Shown here: positions 31,551-41,444 of the stretch, piece after piece | Numbering within the stretch: the stretch's first letter is position 1 | How the letters are laid out: every line of letters begins with the position of its first letter | DNA from: an uncultured Acidimicrobiia bacterium | Lineage (GTDB): Bacteria > Actinomycetota > Acidimicrobiia > Acidimicrobiales > AC-14 | NCBI GenBank assembly: GCA_963836205.1 | Contig: CAWIIV010000019.1 | Location: 42,042 to 106,041, forward strand | DNA: 64,000 nucleotides | Direction: 5' to 3' | The notes under the pieces: generated by a model | Told to the model about the DNA's origin: nothing | The model's input: only the letters and a program-made list of their open reading frames with translations | Databases searched by the model: none | Position numbers and translations under genes: made by a program

Positions 31551-32270
31551 ATGGCGGACGGGCGTGGTGGGTTCTCGATTTCCCGGTTCGGTCCTGGTGT
31601 GCGGCGGGGGTTGTTCGTGGCCGGGCTGGCGGCGGCGCTGCTCGTGGGCGGGCTGCCGGCAGGGGCCGACGGTCCCGAATCCGGCCTCGACCCGAGTGTG
31701 ACGCTGACGGTCAACCCCGACGACAACCTGACCGACGGGCAGAGCGTGATGGTGTCGGGTGCGGGATTCCCGGCCAACGTGCCCGGACTCATCCGGGAGT
31801 GCGGGGGGAGCGTGGCCGCGCCCGCGTGCGACACCGTGGTCTCGGGCATCTTCCTCACCGGCGGCGACGGCACCTTCCCGCCGACTCCGATGACGGTCAA
31901 CCGGGTCATCACCACCTTCGCCAGCACCACCTTCAACTGCGGCGTCCAGGCGTGTGCCATCGTGGCCGACGCCGGTGGCAAGAGCTCCCGGCACCACATC
32001 ACCTTCGCCGGGGCCGGCACCGTGATCCCCACGACGTCTCCCACGACGGGCCCGCCGCCGACGACCGCCCCGCCGGCGACGACGATCCCCGGAGCGACGA
32101 CCCTCCCGCCGCCGACCACGGTCCCGCCGGTGACGACGGTCCCGCCGCCGACCACGATCCCGATCACCAACCTCCTCTGCGCTCTCCTGCAGCCCATCTC
32201 CAACCTGCTGGGCGGCATCCTCAACGGCCTCCTCGCCGCCCTCGGCTGCCCCGTGCCGCCGGCCGCCTAG
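31551..32270 (+). CDS. Secreted neocarzinostatin-apoprotein-domain protein with a Pro/Thr linker
   Basis: AAGGAGG RBS, signal peptide, LTV.PDDNLTDGQSV.VSGAGF, REC...C, C....C.IVA. Confidence 0.8.
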   Translation: MADGRGGFSISRFGPGVRRGLFVAGLAAALLVGGLPAGADGPESGLDPSVTLTVNPDDNLTDGQSVMVSGAGFPANVPGLIRECGGSVAAPACDTVVSGIFLTGGDGTFPPTPMTVNRVITTFASTTFNCGVQACAIVADAGGKSSRHHITFAGAGTVIPTTSPTTGPPPTTAPPATTIPGATTLPPPTTVPPVTTVPPPTTIPITNLLCALLQPISNLLGGILNGLLAALGCPVPPAA

Positions 32271-32382
32271 GTAACGCGGCCCGCCGAGGGCCTCGACCGC
32301 CCGCCGGCGACGAGGCGGTGTCAAGAGACCGGAGAGTGGGCAATCGGTGAGGGAAGCGCGATTGCGGACGTTGGGAGGACCG

Positions 32383-32748
32383 ATGAGACGAATCTCGAGG
32401 CTGCTGGTGGGACTGGTGCTGGCGGCGGGCCTGATGGGCGGGGCCGTGTCACCAGCCTCGGCCCAGACCAGGCCGTCCGGGACGTGGGTCGGGGTAGTCG
32501 AAAGCCACGGAAACCACTTCGACTACGTCGGCCGGCCCTGTCCGGTCGAGGTCGACGTCTGCATCGCCGTGGTCCACCGGTACCGGATCGCGCCCGTCAC
32601 CGGGCAGGCGCTGCTGGCCCTTCCGGGGGTGGCCGGCGGCCCCGCCAGCCTCGAGGGATACCTCATCACCCGGGGAGACCGGCAGCACCAGGGCGTCCTG
32701 GTCGTCAGCCGGGTGACGCCCGCGCCGGGCCCGGTCGCAGAACTATGA
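32383..32748 (+). CDS. Hypothetical secreted protein
   Basis: GGAGG RBS, signal peptide ending ASA-Q. Confidence 0.7.
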   Translation: MRRISRLLVGLVLAAGLMGGAVSPASAQTRPSGTWVGVVESHGNHFDYVGRPCPVEVDVCIAVVHRYRIAPVTGQALLALPGVAGGPASLEGYLITRGDRQHQGVLVVSRVTPAPGPVAEL

Positions 32749-34860
32749 CTTGAACAGGAACTCGGCCTCGGATTCGTCGATCAGGAGGCGGATCTCCTCG
32801 GCCAGGAGGGTGTTCTCCTTGAGGCCGGGGTCGGCGTCGACGATCTCGAAGGCCAGCCGGCGGGCCTGGGCGACCACGTCCCGATCGCGCCGCAACGAGG
32901 CCAGCTTGAGGTCGGAGTGGCCCTTCTGGCGGGTGCCGAGCACCGTCCCCTCACCCCGCAGGTCGAGGTCGACCTCGGCCAGGACGAACCCGTCGGTCGT
33001 CTCCTCCAGTGCCTTCAGGCGGGTCTCCGACTCCGGCGTCGAGCCCTCGCCGAACAGGTAGCACCACGACTGGTCGGACCCGCGCCCCACCCGGCCCCGG
33101 AGCTGGTGGAGCTGGGCGATCCCGAACCGGTCGGCGTCCTCCACGATCATCACCGTGGCGTTCGGCACGTCGACGCCCACCTCGATGACCGTGGTGGCCA
33201 CCAGCACGTCGAGCTCCCGCTGGCGGAACGCGGTCATCACCGCCTCCTTCTCCTTCGACGGCATCTGGCCGTGGAGCAGGCCCAGCCGCAGGTCGGGCCA
33301 GACCTCGGCCGCCAGCCGCTCTCGCTCCTCGATGGCCGACCGGGCCTGGATCTTCTCCGACTCCTCCACCAGCGGGCACACCACGTACGCCTGGCGCCCG
33401 GCCGCGACCTCGTCGGCCACCCGTTGGTGGGCCTCCGCCTCCTCCAGCGGCCCTCTGGCCCAGTGGGTGGTCACCGGGGTGCGGCCCGGCGGTAGCTCGT
33501 CGAGGGTGGTCACGTCGAGGTCGCCGTAGACGGTCATGGCCGCGGTGCGGGGGATCGGCGTGGCCGTCATCACCAGCACGTCGGGATCGTCGCCCTTGCC
33601 CCGCAGGGCGGCCCGCTGCTCGACGCCGAACCGGTGCTGCTCGTCGATCACGATCACCCCCAGGGCCTTGAACGCCACCCGCTCCTCCAACAGGGCGTGG
33701 GTGCCGACCAGCAGGTCGACGTGGCCCTCGGCCAGGTCGGCCAGGATCCGGGTCCGTTCGCCGGCCGTGGTCCGGTTCGACAGCAGCTCCACCCGCAGGG
33801 GCCGGTCACCGGTGAGGGTGCGCTCGTCGGGCACGGTCAGCTCGCCCAGGAGGTGGCGAAGGCTGACGTCGTGCTGTTCGGCCAGCACCTCGGTGGGGGC
33901 CATGAACGCCCCCTGGTACCCGCCCTGCACGGCCGTGAGCAGGGCGGTGAGCGCCACCACCGTCTTGCCGCTGCCCACGTCGCCCTGGAGCAGGCGGTGC
34001 ATGGGATGGGGACCGGCCAGGTCCTTGGTGATCTCGTCGATCGCCCGCCGCTGGGCGCCGGTGAGGGAGAACGGCAGCACGGTATGGAACTTCGGTACCA
34101 GCCGCCCGCCCTCCACCACGTGACGGATGCCCTTCGCCTCCCGCTCGATGGCCCGCTTGCGCAGGACGAGGGCCACCTGCATGCGGAGCAGCTCGTCGAG
34201 CACCAGCCGGCGGCGGGCGGCCTGGGCCGTCTCCATGGAGTCGGGGTTGTGGATGGCGGTGAAGGCGGTGCGCCGGTCGACCAGGTCGAGGCGGTCGAGC
34301 CACGCCTCGGGCAGGGGGTCGGCGAACGGCCCCGCCCGGGCCAGGGCCTCCTCGACGAAGCCGGCCAGCTCCCAGGTGTAGAGCCCGCCCTCCTTCTTCG
34401 ACTGCGGGTAGACGGGCACGATCCGCCCGGTGCGGTCGCCCACCAGGTCGACCACCGGGTTGGTCATCTGGCGCCGGTCGCGGAAGCGCTCGAGCTTGCC
34501 GAAGAACACGGCCTGGGTGCCGGCGCCGAGCTGCTTGGCCCGCCAGCCCTGGTTGAAGAACACCACGTGGAGGTAGCTGGACCCGTCGAAGACGTCGACC
34601 TCGACGATCATCTTCCCCTGGCGGGTCCGGCGGGACTTCACCCGCTTCACCATGGCCAGCACGGCCGCCTCGTCCCCCACCTTGAGATCGGCGATGTCGG
34701 ACTGGCGGGTGCGGTCGACGTAGCGCCGGGGGTAGTGGGTGAGCAGGTCGAGGACGGTGTTGATCTCCATGGCCGCCAGGGCGTCGAGCTTCTTGACGCC
34801 GACCCCCTTCAGCTCGCCGACCGGAATGGCCGCCAACTGCGCCAACCGCCGCCCGGTCAC
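32743..34860 (-). CDS. recG: ATP-dependent DNA helicase RecG
   Basis: LKGVG, HYPRRY.D, QGDVGSGKT, DEQHRFGVEQR, MTATPIPRT, QLHQLRGRVGRG. Confidence 0.97.
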   Translation of the reverse strand: MTGRRLAQLAAIPVGELKGVGVKKLDALAAMEINTVLDLLTHYPRRYVDRTRQSDIADLKVGDEAAVLAMVKRVKSRRTRQGKMIVEVDVFDGSSYLHVVFFNQGWRAKQLGAGTQAVFFGKLERFRDRRQMTNPVVDLVGDRTGRIVPVYPQSKKEGGLYTWELAGFVEEALARAGPFADPLPEAWLDRLDLVDRRTAFTAIHNPDSMETAQAARRRLVLDELLRMQVALVLRKRAIEREAKGIRHVVEGGRLVPKFHTVLPFSLTGAQRRAIDEITKDLAGPHPMHRLLQGDVGSGKTVVALTALLTAVQGGYQGAFMAPTEVLAEQHDVSLRHLLGELTVPDERTLTGDRPLRVELLSNRTTAGERTRILADLAEGHVDLLVGTHALLEERVAFKALGVIVIDEQHRFGVEQRAALRGKGDDPDVLVMTATPIPRTAAMTVYGDLDVTTLDELPPGRTPVTTHWARGPLEEAEAHQRVADEVAAGRQAYVVCPLVEESEKIQARSAIEERERLAAEVWPDLRLGLLHGQMPSKEKEAVMTAFRQRELDVLVATTVIEVGVDVPNATVMIVEDADRFGIAQLHQLRGRVGRGSDQSWCYLFGEGSTPESETRLKALEETTDGFVLAEVDLDLRGEGTVLGTRQKGHSDLKLASLRRDRDVVAQARRLAFEIVDADPGLKENTLLAEEIRLLIDESEAEFLFKS

Positions 34861-34876
34861 CCCGCGCCGCCCGTTG

Positions 34877-35305
34877 TCAGAGCCCGGCCTCCGGGTGGTC
34901 AGGATGGCGAACGGCGCGCACCCGGAGACCGTCGATTCCGGCAAAGTCTCGGGGGTTGCAGGTGTAGAGGGGGAGGTCGTTGGCCAGGGCGACGGCGGCG
35001 ATCATGGCGTCGAAGGCTCGTGCAGCAGCCTTGCGGCCGGACTGGCGGAGCGCGGCGGAGACCACACCGAAGGCGCGGGCAGCCGCGGCATCGAACGGCA
35101 AGGGCTCGAACGTCGACTCCGCCTCCTGGAGCCTGATCTGGCGGGCGGCGCGCTCTGCCGGGTCGATGGCCGTCAGCGGGCCGACTGACAGCTCCGCAAG
35201 GGTGATCGCAGTGATGACCGGTCGTGTCGGGAGGACACCGCGGTCGAGGCGGTCGATCAGCACGAGCGTGCTGGTGTCGAGCACCCCGACCGTTTCCGCG
35301 GTCAC
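34877..35305 (-). CDS. vapC: VapC-family PIN toxin
   Basis: LDTS, ITLAELSVG, LPFD..AARAFG, DAMIAA.A, LYTCNP.DF. Confidence 0.92.
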   Translation of the reverse strand: MTAETVGVLDTSTLVLIDRLDRGVLPTRPVITAITLAELSVGPLTAIDPAERAARQIRLQEAESTFEPLPFDAAAARAFGVVSAALRQSGRKAAARAFDAMIAAVALANDLPLYTCNPRDFAGIDGLRVRAVRHPDHPEAGL

Positions 35306-35538
35306 AGCGACTGGTCGATGAGCGCATCGATGTCGGCTCGAAGTCGTTCGGGATCGACCGGAGGGAGCCCGCGGAAGCGCGCGATCACAGTCGCCGCATC
35401 GAGAGGCCGGCGGGGCAGCGGCCGCAGCTCCGCCACCGGCTCGCCATCACGCGTGATGGTGATCCGCTCGCCGGCTCGGACCCTGTCGATCACCTCCCCG
35501 CCGTGGTTCCGCAGGTCCCTGATCGTCACCTCTGCCAT
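35302..35538 (-). CDS. Phd/YefM-family antitoxin
   Basis: VTIRDLRN.GGEVIDRV.AGE.ITITRDG.PVAELRP; stop overlaps the vapC start. Confidence 0.92.
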   Translation of the reverse strand: MAEVTIRDLRNHGGEVIDRVRAGERITITRDGEPVAELRPLPRRPLDAATVIARFRGLPPVDPERLRADIDALIDQSL

Positions 35539-35548
35539 GCCCCCAGAC

Positions 35549-35566
35549 GGTATCACCGGTGATACC
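35549..35566. promoter_or_regulatory. TA autorepression operator
   Basis: Perfect 18-bp palindrome GGTATCACCGGTGATACC, 10 bp upstream of the antitoxin ATG. Confidence 0.8.
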
Positions 35567-35575
35567 AGCCCCGAG

Positions 35576-37219
35576 TCACTCGATGGAGAAGAGGTAGGCC
35601 GACAGCGGGAGGCGCCAGCGTTGCACCTCGACGCTCACGTGGGCCCGGTTGCCGGCCAGCCACTGCTCGACGGCGGCGGTGGTGTCGTCGGGCGTCGACT
35701 CCCCCACGAACACGGTGACCAGCTCGTGGCCGCTCTCGACCAGCCGGTCGAGGAGTCGCGTCGCACACGTGGCCAGGTCGGGGTGGACGACCACGATCTC
35801 CTCGTCGGCCAGGCCCAGCCAGTCGCCCTCGTTGATCTCGCCCGAGTCCCGCACCGCCCACGTGACCTGCCCCGACACCACCTGGGAGGCCGCCGCCTCC
35901 ATGGCCTTGGCGTTGGCGTCGGCCGTTGCGTCGGGGTCGTAGGCGAGCATGGCCGCCAGCCCCGTCACCATCCCCCGGGTGGGCACGACCCGCACCGGCT
36001 TGGACGCGAGGGCCGCCGCCTGCCCCGCCACCGGCACGATGTTCTTGTTGTTGGGGAGCAGGATCACCTCGTCGGCGTCGGTGGCCTCGATGGCGTCGAG
36101 CAGGTCGGCGGTGGACGGGTTCATGGTCTGACCACCCACGACCACCTCCTGGACGCCCATCGACCGGAAGCCGTCGCGGACGTCGTCGCCCAGGGCCACG
36201 GCCACGACCGCGGTGGTGACGCTCGGGCGCAGGGCCGCGCCGCCCAGGCCCTGGCGGACCCACCGCTCCTCCTCCACCTGGCCGGCCAGGTCGGTGACCC
36301 GGATCTGGCGGGGACGACCGGCCTCGATGCCCGCCTCGATCGACGCGCCGATGTCGTCGGAGTGGATGTGACAGTTCCACAGCCCGTCGCCGCCGACGAT
36401 CACGATCGACTCGCCGATGTCCATCCACGTGGCCTTGAAGGCGTCGATCTTCTCGTCGGGCGCCTCCAGCAGGTACATGACCTCGTACCGGGGACCGTCC
36501 ATCCCGCCGTCGCCGCCGCCGGGCTCGCCGCCGGCGCCGTGGCCGACCGCGATCGACGGCTCGGCCTCGCCCTCGGGCGCCTCCGGCACCGGCCGGCCGT
36601 CGACCACCTGGAGGAGGGCGTCGAGGAAGAGGACGAACCCGGCGCCCCCGGCGTCGACCACGCCCGCCTCCTTCAGCACCGGGAGCAGTTCAGGCGTGCG
36701 GGCGAGGGCGTCACGGGCGGACCGGACGGCCGCGTCGAGCACGTCCACCAGCGTCTTCTCGCCGGCCGCCACCGCCACCGCCGCCTCCGATGCCTCACGC
36801 ACCACCGTGAGGATGGTCCCCTCGACCGGACGCATGACCGCGGCGTAGGCCGCGGTGCTGGCCTCGGCCAGGGCCGCGGCCACCGAGGCCCCGTCGGCCT
36901 CGTCGTCGTCGTCGAGCCGGTGGCAGAGTCCCCGCAGAACCTGGGACAGGATCACGCCAGAGTTGCCCCGGGCGCCCATGAGCGACCCGTGGGAGATGGC
37001 CTTGCAGGTGGCGACCATGTCGCGGTCGGCCTCGGTCACCCCGTCGAGGGCGGTCACCACCGACTCGAGGGTGAGGGCCATGTTGGTGCCGGTGTCGCCG
37101 TCGGGGACGGGATAGACGTTGAGCCGGTTCAGCCGCTGCTGGTGGGCCCGCAGCGCATCGCGGAAACCCACCACAGCCGCCCGCAGATGCGTGTGGTCGA
37201 GCCGGTCGACCACACTCAT
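35576..37219 (-). CDS. DAK2 domain protein (FakA/YloV type)
   Basis: LNVYPVPDGDTGTNM, GARGNSGVILSQ, PVEGTILTV, GVVDAGG, GGQTMNPS, LPNNKNI. Confidence 0.93.
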   Translation of the reverse strand: MSVVDRLDHTHLRAAVVGFRDALRAHQQRLNRLNVYPVPDGDTGTNMALTLESVVTALDGVTEADRDMVATCKAISHGSLMGARGNSGVILSQVLRGLCHRLDDDDEADGASVAAALAEASTAAYAAVMRPVEGTILTVVREASEAAVAVAAGEKTLVDVLDAAVRSARDALARTPELLPVLKEAGVVDAGGAGFVLFLDALLQVVDGRPVPEAPEGEAEPSIAVGHGAGGEPGGGDGGMDGPRYEVMYLLEAPDEKIDAFKATWMDIGESIVIVGGDGLWNCHIHSDDIGASIEAGIEAGRPRQIRVTDLAGQVEEERWVRQGLGGAALRPSVTTAVVAVALGDDVRDGFRSMGVQEVVVGGQTMNPSTADLLDAIEATDADEVILLPNNKNIVPVAGQAAALASKPVRVVPTRGMVTGLAAMLAYDPDATADANAKAMEAAASQVVSGQVTWAVRDSGEINEGDWLGLADEEIVVVHPDLATCATRLLDRLVESGHELVTVFVGESTPDDTTAAVEQWLAGNRAHVSVEVQRWRLPLSAYLFSIE

Positions 37220-37276
37220 TGGACCCCCATCGGTCGGATCGTAGACGTATCGGCGCTGCTGGTACCGTGTCTCCCG

Positions 37277-37471
37277 ATGGCTTCTGTGTGTCAGATCTGC
37301 GGCAAGCACCCCTCTTTCGGGATGAGCGTGAGTCACTCCCACCGGCGCAACAAGCGTCGGTGGAACCCCAACATCCAACGGGTGCGGGCGATCGTGGCCG
37401 GCTCACCGAGGCGCGTGTCGGTCTGCACCTCGTGCATCAAGGCGGGCAAGATCACCAAGCGAGTCAGCTAG
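37277..37471 (+). CDS. rpmB: 50S ribosomal protein L28
   Basis: C.ICGK.P.FG..VSHSHRR.KRRW.PNIQ, VCTSCIKAGK. Confidence 0.97.
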   Translation: MASVCQICGKHPSFGMSVSHSHRRNKRRWNPNIQRVRAIVAGSPRRVSVCTSCIKAGKITKRVS

Positions 37472-37499
37472 CCGAAGGACGCCGCCCTCGCCGTCAGGC

Positions 37500-38642
37500 T
37501 TACGGGCGAAGGGTGGCGGCCAGGCCGGCGTGGTCCGAGGGCCACAGGCCGCTCGGGGTGCGATCGTCGGGATCCGTGCCGGAGAGGCGGGACTTCTTGA
37601 CGTCGACCTCGCCCAGGGTCATCACGTGGTCGACCCGGTGCTCCAACGCACCCTCGGCGCTGGGATCGGTCAGCAGCTCGTTGAAGCCGGCGGTGAAGCC
37701 GGGGTCGCCGGGATGGGCCACCGCCCAGGTGTCGACCAGGCCGAAGGCGACGAGCGCGTCGAACGCCAGCCGGTTGGCCGGCACCGGGAGCTCCGGGCCC
37801 GAGTTGAGGTCGCCGACGAGGATCACCTGCCCGGGTGCCGAGCCCACCGGTCCCGCGGCCGCGAGCAGCTCCTGCGCCTGCTGCAGGCGGATCCCGGGGT
37901 GGAAGGCCTCGAGATGGGTGTTGACGAAGCGGAACAAGTGCTTGTTCACCTCGGCGTCGACCGACACCCATCCCCGGTTCACCACGAACTGCAGGCCGGT
38001 GCCGGTGGTGACGACCAGGCGGGCCGTGAAGTTGGCCGACTGGGCGTTGGTCAGCGTGACGTCGTCGTTCCCGTCCGCTCGGACCAGGATGGCGTCCTGC
38101 TGGAGGAGGCGGATGTCCCGCCCGTAGGGAGCGCCTGCGGGTGCCTCGATGTCGGCCTCCGGCTGCACCTTCACCACGTCGTAGGGAGCGCCGATGGCGG
38201 CCAGCTCCTGGCGGAGGATGGCGATGAAGTCGTACTCGACGGTGGTCGCCGGGGCCGGGTCGTTGAAGGGCCCGCTGTACCAGACCGCGGCCTCCTGGAC
38301 GCCGAGCAGCACCGGGTCGGCGTCGGCGATCTCCCGGGCCAGCGCCTTCGCCCGCTCGGGGAAGTTCGTCTGCTGCATGACCGAGAAGATGTGGGCGGTG
38401 GCGGCCAGCAGCAGCGGCACCGAGGTCGCCCCGATGGCGGGATCGAGGTTCGCCCCCAGGTAGAGGTTCCGGGTCATGACCGTGATCGGACGGCGGCCCT
38501 TGGCCTGGGCCGGCGCCGCCAGCAGCCCCGCCGCCACCAGACCGAGGGTGAGGGTCGCCCCGAGCAACCGCCGGAGGGTCCGTACGCGGTTCAGCACCGC
38601 CAGAATTCCAAGGCTCGCCCTGTCCGTTCCACGCCGGGACAT
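37500..38642 (-). CDS. Secreted endonuclease/exonuclease/phosphatase-family protein
   Basis: Signal peptide, VMTRNLYLGA, GVQE, NTHLE, GDLNS, RVDHV, WPSDHAG. Start uncertain. Confidence 0.88.
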   Translation of the reverse strand: MSRRGTDRASLGILAVLNRVRTLRRLLGATLTLGLVAAGLLAAPAQAKGRRPITVMTRNLYLGANLDPAIGATSVPLLLAATAHIFSVMQQTNFPERAKALAREIADADPVLLGVQEAAVWYSGPFNDPAPATTVEYDFIAILRQELAAIGAPYDVVKVQPEADIEAPAGAPYGRDIRLLQQDAILVRADGNDDVTLTNAQSANFTARLVVTTGTGLQFVVNRGWVSVDAEVNKHLFRFVNTHLEAFHPGIRLQQAQELLAAAGPVGSAPGQVILVGDLNSGPELPVPANRLAFDALVAFGLVDTWAVAHPGDPGFTAGFNELLTDPSAEGALEHRVDHVMTLGEVDVKKSRLSGTDPDDRTPSGLWPSDHAGLAATLRP

Positions 38643-38661
38643 CTACCCGAGGATACCGCCG

Positions 38662-39441
38662 TCACCCCGGCTTGGTATCCGGTCGGCCCGGTGGGAGCGA
38701 TCGGCGCTCCATGTCGTCGAGCATCGCCTCCAGGGCGACCTCGATGTCGTCCACCCGCGTGCGGTAGTACCTCGCGCCCATTCCGTAGCCGGCGGCGGCC
38801 GCCCCCACCCCGGCCGGCGCCGCCATCAGCAGCAGCGGGTCGCCGAGGACGGCGAGGACCACCGCCCCGCCGGTCATGGCCGCCCCCACCGCGCCGCCGG
38901 TGGCCACCAGGGCGCCCCGGTCCCGGCAGATGCGGCTGACGTCGGCCTGCACCACCACCAGCACCCGCCGGCCGTCGGAGCCCGGCTCCGCGGTCACGCC
39001 CACCTCCACCCGGCGCACCTCGGACAGCGACAGCCGCTTCTGGATCGACTTGTCGACCTTGCGGCGCACGCTCGCCCGCAAGTCGTCGCGCCGGGCCCAC
39101 GACGCGTGGTCGCCCTGCTCCCGCCGCACCCGGAACAGCTCCCGGCCGAGGTGGCCCCGCAGCCGCGCCCGCACGTCGGCCTCGGGACCGGGGACGGTGC
39201 GGCGCACGGTGACCGTGGCCGGGCCGAGGATGCGGCGGGAGGGGACGGCCCCCACTGCCTGGAGCACCCCCAGCCGCAGCTCGGCCAAGGCGGCCTGGAC
39301 CGACTGGCGGGACAGGCCCGCCTCCACCGCGGACTCCTCCACCGTGGCCACGTCGAGGCCGGGCCCGTCGCCGTCGGCCGTGAGGTCGAGCTCCGCCGCC
39401 CGCCGCAGGACGAGCGCCACCTCCTGCTCGCTGAGGTCCAT
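38662..39441 (-). CDS. Hypothetical membrane protein
   Basis: SEQEVALVLRRAAEL, A.EAGL.R..V.AAL; two C-terminal TM segments. Confidence 0.75.
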   Translation of the reverse strand: MDLSEQEVALVLRRAAELDLTADGDGPGLDVATVEESAVEAGLSRQSVQAALAELRLGVLQAVGAVPSRRILGPATVTVRRTVPGPEADVRARLRGHLGRELFRVRREQGDHASWARRDDLRASVRRKVDKSIQKRLSLSEVRRVEVGVTAEPGSDGRRVLVVVQADVSRICRDRGALVATGGAVGAAMTGGAVVLAVLGDPLLLMAAPAGVGAAAAGYGMGARYYRTRVDDIEVALEAMLDDMERRSLPPGRPDTKPG

Positions 39442-39470
39442 CCCCAGGGACGGTACCGGGGACCGGCGGC

Positions 39471-40502
39471 CTAGCCGGCGCCCTCGGCCAGCTGGTTGAG
39501 GACCTTCACCTGGCCCACCGCGATCACCACGTCGCCCTCCCCGATGAGGCTCTCGGCCAGCGGCGGGACCAGTAGCTCCCCGCCCGGGCGCTTCAGGGCC
39601 AGCAGCATCACCCCCTGGTAGGGCCGGCACACGTCGCGCACCTCCCGTCCCGCGAACGGCGACCCCGTCCCGATGACGAGCTCCTCGATGCGCAGGTCGG
39701 GGGCCACGCTGATCATGTCGACGAACTCGATCATCGCCGGCTGCATCGAAAGGGAGGCCATCCGCACCCCGCTCAGCGAGTAGGGGGAGATGATCCGGTT
39801 GCTCCCCGCCCGCCGCAGCTTGTCGACCGACTCCGGCCGGGACGACCGAGACACGATGAAGAGCGCCGGGTTGAGCGAGCGGGCGGTGAGGGTGATGTAG
39901 ACGTTCACCGCGTCCGAGTCGACCGCGCACAGCAGGGCCTTGGCCCGGTGGATGCCGGCCTGCTCGAGGATGGCGTCGTCGGTGGGGTCGCCCATGATGT
40001 ACGTCATCCCGTCCTCGGCCAGCCTCGCCTCGAGGTCCTCCAGGATCTCGATGACGACCACCTGCTGGCCCTGGCGGGTGAGCTCCTCGGCCGCGGCCCG
40101 GCCCACCCGTCCGTAGGCGCAGATGATGTAGTGCCCGTCGAGGGCGTCGAGCCGGCTGCGCATGCTTCTCCTCTTCAGGGACAGGCCGAGCTCGCCGCTG
40201 GCCAGGGCGCTGGTGAACGCCCCGATCAGGATGAACACGGCGCCGACGCCGATGGTGATCAGCGTCAGGGTGAAAATCCGCCCGCCCGGGCTCAGGGGGT
40301 GGATCTCGCCGTAACCGACCGTCACCAGGGTGGTGACGGTCATGTAGACGGCGTCGAGCAGGTTGAAGTGCTCGATGACCATGTAGCCGGCGGTGCCGTA
40401 GACGAGGGCGAAGGCCAGCAGGCCGGCCGGCAGCCGCATGCGCCGGACCATGATGTGGGCCGCGCCTCGGTCGGTGTCGGTGCGGCGCCGGCGGGGGCCC
40501 AT
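39471..40502 (-). CDS. Potassium channel with TrkA-N/TrkA-C (RCK) domains
   Basis: TVGYGE filter, HYIICAYGRVG, GDPTDD.IL..AGI..AK. Start may be slightly downstream. Confidence 0.92.
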   Translation of the reverse strand: MGPRRRRTDTDRGAAHIMVRRMRLPAGLLAFALVYGTAGYMVIEHFNLLDAVYMTVTTLVTVGYGEIHPLSPGGRIFTLTLITIGVGAVFILIGAFTSALASGELGLSLKRRSMRSRLDALDGHYIICAYGRVGRAAAEELTRQGQQVVVIEILEDLEARLAEDGMTYIMGDPTDDAILEQAGIHRAKALLCAVDSDAVNVYITLTARSLNPALFIVSRSSRPESVDKLRRAGSNRIISPYSLSGVRMASLSMQPAMIEFVDMISVAPDLRIEELVIGTGSPFAGREVRDVCRPYQGVMLLALKRPGGELLVPPLAESLIGEGDVVIAVGQVKVLNQLAEGAG

Positions 40503-40560
40503 GGCGCAGTTCTAGACGGACGGCCGCCCGGCCGCTACCGGGGGCGACCGATGGGGCCGG

Positions 40561-41371
40561 CTAGCGGAGTCGGTCCCAGCCGGGGTCGACCGGGCCGACG
40601 CCGCTGCCGAGGGCCACGCCCGCCCCGATGGCCCGCTCGACGAAGCGCTTGGCGGCCACGCAGGCGTCGGCCGGCTCCATCCCCCGGGCCAGCTCGGCGG
40701 CGATGGCAGCCGAGAGCACGCAGCCGGTTCCGTGGGTGTGACGCCCGGGGAGACGGGGGCCGTCGAGCCACAACGGGCCGTGCGGCGTCGGCCACCAGCA
40801 GGCAGTCGGGCGAACGTTCGCCGTCGGCCAGATGGCCACCCTTGACCAGGACGACCTCCGCCCCCAGGTCGACGAGGGTCCGGGCCGCGGCCTCCATGTC
40901 GTCCCGGGTGCGCACGGGGAAGCCCACCAGGGCCTCGGCCTCCGGGAGGTTGGGCGTGAGCACCGCCGCCAGAGGGATGAGCAGGGTGCGGATCGCGTCG
41001 ACGGCGTCGGGGGCGAGGAGGCGGTCGCCGTGCTTCGACACCAGGACCGGGTCGACCACCAGCGGACCGACGCCCAGCTGGACCACCGTGGTGGCCACCG
41101 ACTCCACCACCTCGGCCGACGCCAACATGCCGGTCTTGGCCGCGTCGACGCCGATATCGGCCGCCACCGAGGCGATCTGGGCCCGGACCAGCTCGGGCGT
41201 GACCGCCTCGAAGGCCTGCACGCCGAGCGTGTTCTGGGCCGTCACCGCGGTGATGGCCACCGTCCCCCACACCCCGTGGGCCTCGAACGTCTTCAGGTCG
41301 GCCACCACCCCCGCCCCCCCTCCCGAGTCCGTACCGGCAATGGTGAGGGCCACGGGCCGCCGAGGGCTCAT
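40561..41371 (-). CDS. thiD: Hydroxymethylpyrimidine/phosphomethylpyrimidine kinase (frameshift near 40785)
   Basis: LTIAGTDSGGGAG..ADLKT, AVTAQNT, KTGML, TPNLPEA, LVKGGH; HTHGTGC.LSAAIAA is in the shifted frame. Confidence 0.93.
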
Positions 41372-41385
41372 CGCCTCCCCCAGCT

Positions 41386-41425
41386 GGTGACGTTTCTGGT
41401 GGCCCCAGCCACCAGAAACGTCACC
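41386..41425. repeat. Perfect 18-bp-stem palindrome between thiL and thiD (REP-like or mRNA hairpin)
   Basis: GGTGACGTTTCTGGTGGC-CCCA-GCCACCAGAAACGTCACC. Confidence 0.85.
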
Positions 41426-41444
41426 GGTTCGCTCATGGCGGACG

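Noticed and set aside
31551-32270. Enediyne biosynthetic cluster
   Set aside because: Only a neocarzinostatin-fold surface domain is present; there are no PKS or tailoring genes.
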